Assembly (NCBI GenBank): GCA_964016885.1
Contig: OZ024743.1
Span: 52,452,001 to 52,516,000, forward strand
DNA length: 64,000 nt
Direction: 5' to 3'
From: Eledone cirrhosa
Lineage: Eukaryota
The position numbers and the translations under genes were made by a program. Of this stretch, positions 24,693-40,114 are shown piece after piece (position 1 is the stretch's first letter; each line of letters starts with the position of its first letter). The notes beneath the pieces were generated by a model. That model was not told where the DNA came from, made no database searches, and saw nothing but the letters and a program-made list of their open reading frames with translations.

Positions 24693-27600
24693 GTCAGAAG
24701 TCTACTGCCACGACTGACACATGTCCTCAAACTAGCCACTACATCTAGTCCTTCCTTGTCAGAAATCTACTGCCCTGACTGACACATGTCCTCAAACTAG
24801 CCACTACATCTAGTCCTTCCTTGTCAGAAATCTACTGCCCTGACTGACACATGTCCTCAAACTAGCCACTACACCTAGTCCTTCCTTGTCAGAAGTCTAC
24901 TGCCACGACTGACACATGTCCTCAAACTAGCCACTACACCTAGTCCTTCCTTGTCAGAAGTCTACTGCCCTGACTGACACATGTCCTCAAACTAGCCACT
25001 ACATCTAGTCCTTCCTTGTCAGAAGTCTACTGCCACGACTGACACATGTCCTCAAACTAGCCACTACATCTAGTCCTTCCTTGTCAGAAATCTACTGCCC
25101 TGACTGACACATGTCCTCAAACTAGCCACTACATCTAGTCCTTCCTTGTCAGAAATCTACTGCCACGACTGACACATGTCCTCAAACTAGCCACTACATC
25201 TAGTCCTTCCTTGTCAGAAGTCTACTGCCACGACTGACACATGTCCTCAAACTAGCCACTACATCTAGTCCTTCCTTGTCAGAAGTCTACTGCCCTGACT
25301 GACACATGTCCTCAAACTAGCCACTACATCTAGTCCTTCCTTGTCAGAAGTCTACTGCCACGACTGACACATGTCCTCAAACTAGCCACTACATCTAGTC
25401 CTTCCTTGTCAGAAGTCTACTGCCCTGACTGACACATGTCCTCAAACTAGCCACTACATCTAGTCCTTCCTTGTCAGAAGTCTACTGCCACGACTGACAC
25501 ATGTCCTCAAACTAGCCACTACATCTAGTCCTTCCTTGTCAGAAGTCTACTGCCCTGACTGACACATGTCCTCAAACTAGCCACTACATCTAGTCCTTCC
25601 TTGTCAGAAGTCTACTGCCCTGACTGACACATGTCCTCAAACTAGCCACTACATCTAGTCCTTCCTTGTCAGAAATCTACTGCCCTGACTGACACATGTC
25701 CTCAAACTAGCCACTACACCTAGTCCTTCCTTGTCAGAAGTCTACTGCCCTGACTGACACATGTCCTCAAACTAGCCACTACATCTAGTCCTTCCTTGTC
25801 AGAAGTCTACTGCCCTGACTGACACATGTCCTCAAACTAGCCACTACATCTAGTCCTTCCTTGTCAGAAGTCTACTGCCCTGACTGACACATGTCCTCAA
25901 ACTAGCCACTACATCTAGTCCTTCCTTGTCAGAAATCTACTGCCCTGACTGACACATGTCCTCAAACTAGCCACTACATCTAGTCCTTCCTTGTCAGAAG
26001 TCTACTGCCCTGACTGACACATGTCCTCAAACTAGCCACTACATCTAGTCCTTCCTTGTCAGAAATCTACTGCCCTGACTGACACATGTCCTCAAACTAG
26101 CCACTACATCTAGTCCTTCCTTGTCAGAAGTCTACTGCCACGACTGACACATGTCCTCAAACTAGCCACTACATCTAGTCCTTCCTTGTCAGAAATCTAC
26201 TGCCCTGACTGACACATGTCCTCAAACTAGCCACTACATCTAGTCCTTCCTTGTCAGAAATCTACTGCCCTGACTGACACATGTCCTCAAACTAGCCACT
26301 ACATCTAGTCCTTCCTTGTCAGAAGTCTACTGCCCTGACTGACACATGTCCTCAAACTAGCCACTACATCTAGTCCTTCCTTGTCAGAAATCTACTGCCC
26401 TGACTGACACATGTCCTCAAACTAGCCACTACATCTAGTCCTTCCTTGTCAGAAATCTACTGCCCTGACTGACACATGTCCTCAAACTAGCCACTACATC
26501 TAGTCCTTCCTTGTCAGAAATCTACTGCCCTGACTGACACATGTCCTCAAACTAGCCACTACATCTAGTCCTTCCTTGTCAGAAGTCTACTGCCACGACT
26601 GACACATGTCCTCAAACTAGCCACTACATCTAGTCCTTCCTTGTCAGAAGTCTACTGCCACGACTGACACATGTCCTCAAACTAGCCACTACATCTAGTC
26701 CTTCCTTGTCAGAAATCTACTGCCCTGACTGACACATGTCCTCAAACTAGCCACTACATCTAGTCCTTCCTTGTCAGAAATCTACTGCCCTGACTGACAC
26801 ATGTCCTCAAACTAGCCACTACATCTAGTCCTTCCTTGTCAGAAGTCTACTGCCCTGACTGACACATGTCCTCAAACTAGCCACTACATCTAGTCCTTCC
26901 TTGTCAGAAATCTACTGCCACGACTGACACATGTCCTCAAACTAGCCACTACATCTAGTCCTTCCTTGTCAGAAATCTACTGCCACGACTGACACATGTC
27001 CTCAAACTAGCCACTACATCTAGTCCTTCCTTGTCAGAAATCTACTGCCCTGACTGACACATGTCCTCAAACTAGCCACTACATCTAGTCCTTCCTTGTC
27101 AGAAATCTACTGCCCTGACTGACACATGTCCTCAAACTAGCCACTACATCTAGTCCTTCCTTGTCAGAAATCTACTGCCCTGACTGACACATGTCCTCAA
27201 ACTAGCCACTACATCTAGTCCTTCCTTGTCAGAAATCTACTGCCCTGACTGACACATGTCCTCAAACTAGCCACTACATCTAGTCCTTCCTTGTCAGAAG
27301 TCTACTGCCCTGACTGACACATGTCCTCAAACTAGCCACTACATCTAGTCCTTCCTTGTCAGAAATCTACTGCCCTGACTGACACATGTCCTCAAACTAG
27401 CCACTACATCTAGTCCTTCCTTGTCAGAAATCTACTGCCCTGACTGACACATGTCCTCAAACTAGCCACTACATCTAGTCCTTCCTTGTCAGAAATCTAC
27501 TGCCCTGACTGACACATGTCCTCAAACTAGCCACTACATCTAGTCCTTCCTTGTCAGAAGTCTACTGCCCTGACTGACACATGTCCTCAAACTAGCCACT

Positions 27601-28082
27601 ACATCTAGTCCTTCCTTGTCAGAAATCTACTGCCCTGACTGACACATGTCCTCAAACTAGCCACTACATCTAGTCCTTCCTTGTCAGAAGTCTACTGCCA
27701 CGACTGACACATGTCCTCAAACTAGCCACTACATCTAGTCCTTCCTTGTCAGAAGTCTACTGCCACGACTGACACATGTCCTCAAACTAGCCACTACATC
27801 TAGTCCTTCCTTGTCAGAAGTCTACTGCCACGACTGACACATGTCCTCAAACTAGCCACTACATCTAGTCCTTCCTTGTCAGAAATCTACTGCCCTGACT
27901 GACACATGTCCTCAAACTAGCCACTACATCTAGTCCTTCCTTGTCAGAAATCTACTGCCCTGACTGACACATGTCCTCAAACTAGCCACTACATCTAGTC
28001 CTTCCTTGTCAGAAGTCTACTGCCACGACTGACACATGTCCTCAAACTAGCCACTACATCTAGTCCTTCCTTGTCAGAAATC
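24693..28082. repeat. 65-bp satellite, about 52 near-identical copies
   Basis: Unit gtcagaa(g/a)tctactgcc(ct/ac)gactgacacatgtcctcaaactagccactacatctagtccttcctt; atgtcctcaa recurs every 65 bp. Confidence 0.97.
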
Positions 28083-28149
28083 AGCCAGCTTGAATTTCCT
28101 ACCTGTTCATGTATTTCTTACCAGAGTTGACTTGCAACAGTTACAAAGT

Positions 28150-28460
28150 TATAATGAGCCCCACAAGGTTGACTGGCTTCTTGTCAAATCAGTGGAAAAA
28201 TCTAATGTCTTGGATCTCTGAACCATCTGCCTACTTACTGAGTAAGAGGACAGAGATGACAATTTATAAGAACAAGCAGCTTGAGTTGAATTGGCTCCTT
28301 GTTGAATCCATAGTAGTAGAAACATCTGGTGTCCTGGGACCCTGAACAAACTCCCTACTTATTGTGATTGAGACAGAGATGGCCAGCTAGAGAAATGAGC
28401 CTCACTTAATTGACTGTCTTATTAAACCTCTAACAGTGTAGTGGAGACATCTGCTTTCCT
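28150..28460 (+). pseudogene. Fossil CRE-clade retrotransposon RLE-domain fragment
   Basis: IVVETSGVLGP followed by ...LL..I...NEP matches the CRE-type P.AVETSG.WG motif. A GK.L.W-like remnant lies upstream. Confidence 0.45.
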
Positions 28461-29334
28461 GAAACCTTAAACCATTTCTTTATATTTACTGCAATCAGGA
28501 CAAAGATGGCCAGCTGCAAGAGCAGCCCATGTGAGTTGGATTGGATCTTTCAGTACATCTCCCCTACTATCCTCTAGGGTACCACACATTCACAATTCTG
28601 TCCACCAGGATCATGAGGCCACATCTATCTAATATTTTACAAAGGGCATAAAATGGTAGAGTTAGACTGGCTCAGTACATCTCCCTCGCTAACACACAGG
28701 CCTTTCTGTCCATTCGGACCATGAGTCCCCATATATCTGATGTTATACAAAGGACTAACAGTGATGATGAGGATGATAATGAGGTGGTGATGGTGTTAGA
28801 CTCGGTCCCTATGTGTTAGTGACTAGGTGATCTAGTGAATTAAATCTTGTAAAATACCATATATTTTTCCTTACTCAGAAAAATTCCCACGAAGGAAAGT
28901 GTCACTACATGCAGCTTTATTTACTTATTTACCAAATATTTTCAAAAAGCATGAAATTATCTCTGTGGAAGATAAAGAAGGACATTGAAGCTGTCACAGC
29001 CTCCTTTAGCTGGACCTATTTATTTTCTTTACACTGCTGTTGATGTTGTGTGGATACTCACATAATATATATATAGTGTGTGAGGGCTGTCTGCATATGT
29101 GTGTGAGGGTATGTGTTTGTAAGGATATGTGTGTGAGGGTATGTGTTTGTAAGGATATGTGTGTGAGGGAATGCCTGCATGGTGGCAAGGAATAAAATAT
29201 AAAAATGAGGTTAACATTTCTCTGGGCTAAGATAAATCTTGTTGGGCGGCTGTATGTAAATTAGACAGCTAATGATGTTAATGTTGAGATAAATGGGACC
29301 AACAGTAAATAGACACACATTTACTTTGTCTGTG

Positions 29335-30795
<1,461 letters not shown>

Positions 30796-30797
30796 CT

Positions 30798-31190
30798 ATG
30801 GTAGTGGTGTTGGTAATAGTAGTAGTGATAGTGATAGTAGTAGTAGTGGTGGTGGTAGTGATAGTAGTAGTAGTGGTGGTAGTGATAGTAGTAGTAATGG
30901 TGGTAGTTGTGATAGTAGTAGTGGTGGTGGTAGTGATAGTAGTAGTGGTGGTGGTAGTGATAGTAGTAGTAGTAGTAGTGGTAGTGATAGTAGTAGTATG
31001 GTGGTAGTGATAGTAGTAGTAGTGGTGGTGGTAGTGATAGTAGTAGTAGTAGTGGTAGTGATAGTAGTAGTAGTGGTGGTGGTAGTAGTGATAGTAGTAG
31101 TGGTGGTGGTAGGGATAGTAGTAGTAGTGGTGGTGGTAGTGTTAGTAGTAGTAGTGATGGTAGTGATATTAGTAGTAGTGGTGGTAGTGA

Positions 31191-31221
<31 letters not shown>

Positions 31222-31223
31222 GA

Positions 31224-31257
<34 letters not shown>

Positions 31258-31916
31258 AGTGATAGTAGTAGTAGTGGTGGTGGTAGTGATAGTAGTAGTA
31301 GTGGTGGTGGTAGTGATAGTAGTAGTAGTGGTGGTGGTAGTGATTGTAGTAGTAGTAGTAGTGGTGGTAGTGATAGTAGTAGCAGTAGTGGTGGTAGTGA
31401 TAGTAGTAGTGGTGGTAGTAGTGGTAGTGATAGTAGTTGTAGTAGTGGTGGTAGTAGTAGTGATAGTAGTAGTGGTGGTGGTAGTGATAGTAGTAGTGGT
31501 GGTAGTGGTAGTAGTGGTGGTAGTGATAGTAGTAGTGGTGGTGGTAGTGATAGTAGTAGTGGTGGTAGTGATAGTAGTGGTGGTAGTGATAGTAGTAGTA
31601 GTACTGGTGGTAGTGATAGTAGTAGTAGTGGTGGTAGTGATAGTAGTAGTAGTACTGGTGGTGGTGATAGTAGTAGTAGTAGTGGTGGTAGTGATAGTAG
31701 TAGTAGTAGTGGTGGTAGTGATAGTAGTGGTGGTGGTGGTGGTGGTAGTGACAGTAGTAGTAGTAGTGGTGGTAGTAATGATAGTCGTAGTAGTAGTAGT
31801 GGTGGTAGTGATAGTAGTGGTGGTAGTGATAGTAGTAGTAGTGATAGTAGTAGTGGTGGTGGTGGTAGTGATAGTAGTAGTGGTGGTAGTGATAGTCGTA
31901 GTAGTGGTGGTAATGA

Positions 31917-31947
<31 letters not shown>

Positions 31948-32038
31948 AGTGATAGTCATATTAGTAGTAGTGGTGGTAGTGATAATAGTTGTCGTGGTAG
32001 TGGTGATAGTAGTAGTAGTAGTAGTAGTGGTGGTAGTA
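30798..32038. repeat. (GTA/GTG/GAT)n trinucleotide repeat
   Basis: Directly visible. Confidence 0.95.
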
Positions 32039-32215
32039 GGAGATTTTAGACAAACTCTCCCAGTCAGTCCAACAGGCAATGGATTGATCAAATCTGAGCT
32101 TGTTTCAAAGGAAATCGACACTTTGGACTTGTATCAAAGATTTGAAGCTTGCTACAAACATGAGGGCCTATGTTGGTAGAGATGAACAATCAGAGCAGTT
32201 CACTGGGATACTTCA
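32036..32215 (+). pseudogene. Helitron PIF1-family helicase fragment
   Basis: GDFRQTLPV (helicase motif III), then after frameshifts DQI*ACFK and KSTLWTCIKDLKLATNMRA...EQF (motif IV, L.TNMR). Confidence 0.75.
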
Positions 32216-33790
32216 ACTTCTCTACCTGCTTCAGTGGAACTCCATTGATATGTAGGTGCAATGTGGAAACTTCCTTGAGAAGTCCAGTGTCTCAGTTTTC
32301 CTAGCACTTGACATCAAATCTATCGAGTACAAATCGATATATTTTGTATATTGATTAGTTATTCTAATAATTGTGTCAGTCATTGGACTGTGGCCATGCT
32401 GGGGCATTGGCTTGGAGGGTTTTATAGTCCATTATATCAAATCTTGTTTGTCAGAGTGCTGATTTATGGCTTCTGTTACTAAACACCATCACTTAATGTG
32501 CGTTTTTCAAGGCTAGCATGGGTTGGGCATGTCATTACAAACCAAATTAGTACTTAATTGGAGCTACTGTCCTAGATGGGTTAGGGACATGGTTTCTACA
32601 GCTGGACACCCTTGCTGATGCCAACCACATTACGGAGTCTACTCTGTGCATTTTATCATGGCATCAGCACTAAGGAAGCTGTAATTTCCTAACAACAGGC
32701 TTCTGTACAGTCTCCACCTACCATATTCCACTTACATAGTTTTGGTCAACCCAAGCCTATGATAGAAGACTTTTCCCCATGGTGCCATAACTGGTATTGA
32801 ACCTTATACTTGTATGTATATAAATATTTTAATATATATATATATAAATATATATATATACTGTATATATATATCAGGTATGCTAGTGTGGAAAAATGGA
32901 TGTTAAACGGTGATGATGATCATATGTAAGTATATATATATAAATATATACATTATATGTGTGTGAGTTGAGAACGGATGGGTGTAACCAATACTACATT
33001 TCTATGTGTAATATATGTCTAAATATCAAGTCTAGATAACCTTCTTAATATCAACATTGTGGTGAATTCCAGAATCGGTAGAGTTCCAGACTAAATGTCT
33101 TGTGGCATTTAAGTTATGGGCATTTTTATGTTCTGAGTTGCAATACAGTCAAGGTCAACTTTGTCTTTCATATATCTTTGCTTTATATGATAGATACCAA
33201 CCATGTCCGAAATTCATGGTCACTGCCGGGTTGATTCCCTCCATCTTCTACTCAAAGATTAGCTGAGCCCCTCCTTGGATGGTATAAGTAGTTAAGTTGG
33301 AGAGTTAAAAAGATGGAGTGGTATGATAAGTTGGATCTTTAGCTAATATCTGGTCCTCACATATATAGTGTCTGCTGTTGGAATAGTGATTGGTTTTTCC
33401 TTTCATTTATTTCACTAAACATGTTTAAATTTAAAATACACTATTTACAAAGAAGAGACTAAAATGTTCTTAGGAATGAAGTGGTTCATTATTAAGAATG
33501 TTCTAATCAGGCTAGTAATGCCACTGAGAAGGATTGTATGAAAAAACTATCATCCTTTTCATGATGGCCGGTAAAAGGAGCATTTTATGCAATGTCATTT
33601 TTTATATTATTTAAAAATTTTGAAATATTTTTTTAATGTAACTAAAAATGGTTTTAATGTAACTAATATTGGTTTCGGACATGTGATTGCTCTTTATGAT
33701 GCCTCGGTTTTATTGGATGAAACTGGCTGAAGATCAAAGGTTCAATCTTGTCACACACTATATCATGTTGATCCAACTTGGGAGATTACA

Positions 33791-34702
33791 TTAACCCTTT
33801 AGCATTTACATTTCTATATATATACTATTGTATTTTCACAGTAAAGGCTTTACCTCACATAACAGTTACATTACTCTATATATACTATTATATTTTCACA
33901 GTAAAGGTTTTACCTCACATAATATCTCACATAACAGTTACATTACTCTATATATACTATTATATTTTCACAGTAAAGGTTTTACCTCACATAATATCTC
34001 ACATAACAGTTACATTACTCTATATATACTATTGTATTTTCACAGTAAAGGTTTTACCTCACATAATATCTTACATAACATTTACATTACTCTATATATA
34101 CTATTGTATTTTCCCAGTAAAGGCTTTACCTCACATAATATCTCACATAACATTTACATTACTCTATATATACTATTGTATTTTCACAGTAAAGACTTTT
34201 CCTCACATAATATCTCACATAACATTTACATTACTCTATATATACTGGTCGTGGAGGTGCCACGGCAAAAAAGCACCCAGCCCACACTGTAAAGTGGACG
34301 TGTAGGCGCCATGGAAAAAAAGCACCCAGCACTCACTGTAAATGAAGTTGGTATTAGGAAGGGCATCCAGCTGTAGAAATCAAGCCAGAAACAGTTCCCG
34401 TATGAGCAAGGCATGGTCAGCCGACCGGACACTGCCCACAACAGGACAACCCATCTAACCCATGCTAGTGTGGAAGAACGGACGTAAAACGGTGATGATG
34501 ATGATGATACTATTGTATTTTCACAGTAAAGGCTTTACCTCACATAAATATCTCACATAATATCGAAGCTATGAGATTTTGATATTATTCCTTTTGATAA
34601 CAATATCGTAACATCAGTATGAGTGGCTAGTTATGGCCGATGTGAACAAAAAGGAGAGAGAATTCTGGCCAGATACGGCCGGTTTAAATGCTAACGGGTT
34701 AA
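33791..34702 (+). mobile_element. piggyBac-type MITE with an internal 72-bp tandem array and a nested RTE-derived short element (34247-34508)
   Basis: TTAA-ccctttagcattta...taaatgctaacggg-TTAA, with about 6-7 units inside. Confidence 0.8.
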
Positions 34703-35009
34703 GAGTAGATTTGTATGTGGAATACTCAACCACTTAAATATAAATTCATGAGTTGGATGTTTATTTGACTGAACAACTGAAACAGTAATTGTCAAAGCTG
34801 ACTAAAGATCTATCATCGTAGACACCATGTAATTCAAAGATCTAGCCTTGTCACATATTGTATCACACTTAGCTTGGGGAATAAGGCTATATGTGTCTAT
34901 GGAATACTCAACCATTTACTTTATAACACAAAACAGTCTGTACCTATAATTCAAAAGTTCCCACTTGTTACATATCGGTCAAGCTGATTCAGCCAGGAGA
35001 ATTACTATG

Positions 35010-37271
35010 TTAACCCTTTAGCATTTAAACTGGCCATATCTGCCTAGAATTCTCTCACCTCTTTCTGTTCAAACCAGCCATAACTGGCAGCTCACACTGA
35101 TGTTAAGGTATTGTTCTCAAAATAAATAATATCAAAATCACATAGCTTCGATATTATGTGAGGTAAACACTTTACTGTGAAAATACAATAGTATATATAG
35201 AGTAATGTAAATGTTATGTGAGATATTATGTGAGGTAAAGCCTTTACTGTGAAAATATAATAGTATATATAGAGTAATGTAAATGTTATGTGAGATATTA
35301 TGTGAGGTAAAGTCTTTACTGTGAAAATACAATAGTATATATAGAGTAATGTAAATGTTATGTGAGATATTATGCGAGGTAAAGTCTTTACTGTGAAAAT
35401 ACAATAGTATATATAGAGTAATGTAAATATTATGTGAGATATTATGTGAGGTAAAGCCTTTACTGTGAAAATATAATAGTATATATAGAGTAATGTAAAT
35501 GTTATGTGAGATATTATGTGAGGAAAAACCTTTACTGTGAAAATACAATAGTATATATAGAGTAATGTAAATGTTATGTGAGATATTATATGAGGTAAAG
35601 CCTTTACTGTGAAAATACAATAGTATATATAGAGTAATGTAAATGTTATGTGAGATATTATGTGAGGTAAAGCCTTTACTGTGAAAATACAAAGTATATA
35701 TATAGAGTAATGTAAATGTTATGTGAGATATTATGTGAGGTAAAGCCTTTACTGTGAAAATACAATAGTATATATAGAGTAATGTAAATGTTATGTGAGA
35801 TATGTGAGGTAAAGCCTTTACTGTGAAAATATAATAGTATATATAGAGTAATGTAAATGGTATGTGAGATATTATGTGAGGTCAAGCCTTTACTGTGAAA
35901 ATATAATTGTTTCTACTTTAGGCACAAGGCCAGCAAATAACCAGTGCATTACTGGTACTTTATTTTATCGACCCCGTAAGGATGAAAGGCAAAGTTAACC
36001 TCGGCGGGATTTGAACTCAGAATGGCAAGGGCCGTAACTCTATGCGTCAAAGCATGGCGTCCGACTCTCTACCGATAGAGGAACGTAAATGTTATGTGAG
36101 ATATTATGTGAGGTAAAGCCTTTACTGTGAAAATATAATAGTATATATAGAGTAATGTAACTGTTATGTGAGATATTATGTAAGGTAAAGCCTTTACTGT
36201 GAAAATACAATAGTATATATAGAGTAATGTAACTGTTATGTGAGATATTATGTGAGGTAAAGCCTTTACTGTGAAAATACAATAGTATATATAGAGTAAT
36301 GTAACTGTTATGTGAGATATTATGTGAGGTAAAGCCTTTACTATGAAAATATAATAGTATATATAGAGTAATGTAAATGTTATGTGAGATATTATGTGAG
36401 GTAAAGCCTTTACTGTGAAAATACAATAGTATATATAGAGTAATGTAAATGTTATGTGAGATATTATGTGAGGTAAAGCCTTTACTGTGAAAATACAATA
36501 GTATATATAGAGTAATGTAAATGTTATGTGAGATATTATGTGAGGTAAAGCCTTTACTGTGAAAATACAATTGTATATATAGAGTAATGTAAATGTTATG
36601 TGAGATATTATATGAGGTAAAGCCTTTACTGTGAAAATACAATAGTATATATAGAGTAATGTAAATGTTATGTGAGATATTATGTGAGGTAAAGCCTTTA
36701 CTGTGAAAATACAATTGTATATATAGAGTAATGTAAATGTTATGTGAGATATTATGTGAGGTAAAGCCTTTACTGTGAAAATACAATAGTATATATAGAG
36801 TAATGTAAATGCTATGTGAGATATTATGTGAGGTAAAGCCTTTACTGTGAAAATATAATAGTATATATAGAGTAATGTAAATGGTATGTGAGATATTATG
36901 TGAGGTAAAGCCTTTACTGTGAAAATATAATTGTTTCTACTTTAGGCACAAGGCCAGCAAATACCCAGTGCATTACTGGTACTTTATTTTATCGACCCCG
37001 TAAGGATGAAAGGCAAAGTTAACCTCGGTGGGATTTGAACTCAGAATGGCAAGGGCCGTAACTCTATGCGTCAAAGCATGGCGTCCGACTCTCTACCGAT
37101 AGAGGAATGTAAATGTTATGTGAGATATTATGTGAGGTAAAGCCTTTACTGTGAAAATATAATAGTATATATAGAGTAATGTAACTGTTATGTGAGATAT
37201 TATGTGAGGTAAAGCCTTTACTGTGAAAATATAATAGTATATATAGAGTAATGTAAATGTTGAAGAGTTAA
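35010..37271 (-). mobile_element. piggyBac-type MITE with an expanded 72-bp array and two SINE copies
   Basis: TTAA-ccctttagcattta...taaatgttgaagag-TTAA; aggtaaa recurs every 72 bp. Confidence 0.8.
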
Positions 37272-37674
37272 GGGTGTATGGTATGTATCTTACATGTTAA
37301 CTCATGAGTTGGACATTGAATTGATCTGTAACATCTGACTCAACTCTTTTGAAATCAACAGAAGATCCATAATTATAATAGACCTTACAATCTCACACCT
37401 TTCGTATTAATTACAATTTGTACAACTTTAACATATGTTATATAACACCATTACAAAGAGGACAATGTCAGTAAAAGATTGAAATTCCTTTTCACTTTAT
37501 TTCTCTCTGACACTCTACCACAAGTCAGTATTTCTCTCTGCCACTCTATTACAAGTCAGTATTTCTATGTCAATTCTTTTAAAGGCATTATTGTCATTTT
37601 TTGTTAAGAAAACTGATGCCAGACATTGTTATAAAGTTGTGTACTACTTTGTGACTATATGTACATCCTAGTGT

Positions 37675-37990
37675 CAGGGTTGAATTTAATGGGGGGACAA
37701 AGGGTTCAATTCTCCCAGGCCCTCTGCTTTGTGTACGTGTATGTATGGGGGGGTGGAGGGGGGGGGGGGGGGGCACCGGCAACGGCCGTAGCACAATTTA
37801 TTTGTGTCTTCCACTGGGCATTTTAGTTTTAGGATGGTTAGAATTTTTTAATTTAATACCTGTATGTATAATTTTCAATTCCAATTACTTGTGCCAAGCT
37901 AACTTTGATATGTAAAATTGGGGGGGGGGGGGGATTATTCATTTTTTGTGTATGAGGGGCTGACCCCACCCAGGTCTAAACCCAACCCTG
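37675..37990. mobile_element. hAT-like MITE
   Basis: TIRs cagggttg/caaccctg with an imperfect 8-bp TSD (cctagtgt/cctagcgg). Confidence 0.55.
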
Positions 37991-38855
37991 CCTAGCGGTC
38001 AGGGTGTTTTATTCACAATTGCAGGATCAATTCCTTCATTTTGTATCCTTGAGCAAAAATACTTTATTTCACATTGTTCCAGTCCACTCAGATAAGTAAC
38101 TATGTGACGTCACTGGCGCCAAGCTGTAGTGACTTTTATTTTTGTTTTTCTCTTGTACACCTTGCCCAGGTTTCCGACTCAGAACTTTCCAGGTGCTAAC
38201 TATGGTCAGTCATGACTGAAAGGGGTCTTTGATCTGTATTAGTGGTGTACTATTTTGGGACTGTACTATTGTGTGACATCACTGTTGCCAAGCTGTATTA
38301 CTTTGCCATAGATATCAGGCGTTATATTCTGGTCTAGTATCTTTTGATTGTCATCTTTATTGTAAGCTAAATTGTCAATCATTGCACAGTCATTAAACAA
38401 AGGTGAACATCTGCTAAAATACACCACATAACTTTTCATTGAAGAGCAACACATAATTGATAGTTATAATGAATCCTGACTTGATTGCAGTAATGATACT
38501 GCTAATCATCATCATCATCACTTTCCCTGCTTGCAAGGGTGGGACTAATAATAATAATAATAATTTACAACACTGACATACGACCAGTAAATAATTGTTT
38601 CTACTATAGGCACAAGGCCAGCAAATACCCAGTGTATTACTGGTACTTTATTTTATCAACCCCGTAAGGATGAAAGGCAAGGGCCGTAACTCTATGCGTC
38701 AAAGTATCTACCGATACTGCCAATCCACCGCCATGATAGTGTTAATAATAATAATAATAATTTACAACAACACTGATATTCAGCCAGTAAATAATTGTTT
38801 CTACTTTAGGCACAAGGCCAGCAATGAAGGGAAAATTGATTAAATCAACCCCAGT

Positions 38856-39725
38856 GCTTACAGGTGCATACTCAGAGCAGGCCCATTCACCTGGACCAGG
38901 CTCACCTCTCTCACCCACATTTCAACAAACTGGTTGGAAGGCAACATTTCCCTCTCCACCCTGATTTCCCTCTTCAGGTGAAACCTGAAAAAGTTAATCA
39001 AGGCTTCGCTAAAGAGGAAATAGCTGTCTTCAACCCTTTGAAATATGGCCACCACACAGATAAAAACTGCTTGTCCTTCCTTCCCCTCTAAAAGAAGACA
39101 GCGAGGTAATCTTCACACTGGACTCAGTTGATAGTCAGATCCGTTCCACACATGACAGCAGGTGTTTGATGTAAACCAACAATGCTCAGACACTCGACGA
39201 GTGTGTGCAGGACAGCTTCATAGCCGTGCCTGCATCTTGAACAGGCCCAGCTGACGGCACTTCCATGCCTGTAGAGTTCATCTTGAATTGGCAAAGCTTT
39301 TCAGTAGCACTGCCAGGCCAATGATTTGTGGAAGTTACCCATGGGTCCTGGACCAAAATTCCTCTGGAAAAGAGAGGATAATCGATTTTTGTCAAGCCCC
39401 AGAATCTCATCAAGAACGTTATCCTTTTTACCTGCCACTAAATCTCTATAGAAAGCCAAGGTAGTGTTTCCAGCAATCACACTGCTCGATTGTTTGAGGG
39501 CTGCGAGCTCTTGAATACATTCCAGTTTCCAAGTGCTCCCTCTCAGTCTTCGCTTGACTCAGGACTGCAGCTCTGTCAAGGAGACAAGCTGTGGAAAACT
39601 GTGTCTAGAAAATGATGACCACACCTGTTCACCTTCGAGGTAAAGCTGGAAATGATGTAGCCTGAGCACATGTTTGCACACCATCAGCCTGGCATGCCTA
39701 GTCCTCCACACAGCAGGTGTTGGCA
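38856..39725 (-). pseudogene. Old Tx1 ORF2 3' remnant
   Basis: HVLRLHHFQLYL..EQVWSSF...FPQLVSLTELQS and FFRFHLKREIRVERE are homologous to the Tx1 copies at 1.1-8.1 kb. Confidence 0.85.
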
Positions 39726-39984
39726 GATAAATGTTTTTACTTTTGGCACAAGGCCAGCAATTTGAAGGGAAGGGGAAAAATTGATTGAATCGACCCCGGC
39801 GCATTACTGGTGCTTTTTATTATCGATGAAAGGCAAAACTGGTCTCGACGGGATTTGAGCTCAATAATAATAATAATATTATTCAATATAATCGTAGTCT
39901 CTGTGAAATTTCATAAAGAAATGGACATGATGCCACCCACCTCCACCACCAAATAAAACAGAAGGCTACTCTATATATACTCAC

Positions 39985-40114
39985 GTTGGTCGTTTACTAA
40001 TTTTGTTTGGGTGTTGATAATGGAAGAAGAGATTCTTATTGATGCCCTGTGCAGGGTCGTATTCTTTGTTGGTACGCCAAGCTCCAAAAGAACCTGGAAG
40101 TATGTATCCGATTT
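39985..40114 (-). CDS. SBSPON: Penultimate coding exon of the SBSPON homologue
   Basis: Acceptor ttttgtttgtttcag and donor gtgagt bound an open 130-bp exon, (E)IGYILPGSFGAWRTNKEYDPAQGINKNLFFHYQHPNKISKRP(T). Its phase-2 end joins the 21805 exon in frame (AC+T). Confidence 0.7.

Noticed and set aside
24693-28082. CRISPR-like regular array
   Set aside because: Units are contiguous and near-identical, with no unique spacers and no cas genes. It is a eukaryotic satellite; the same applies to the 103- and 72-bp arrays.
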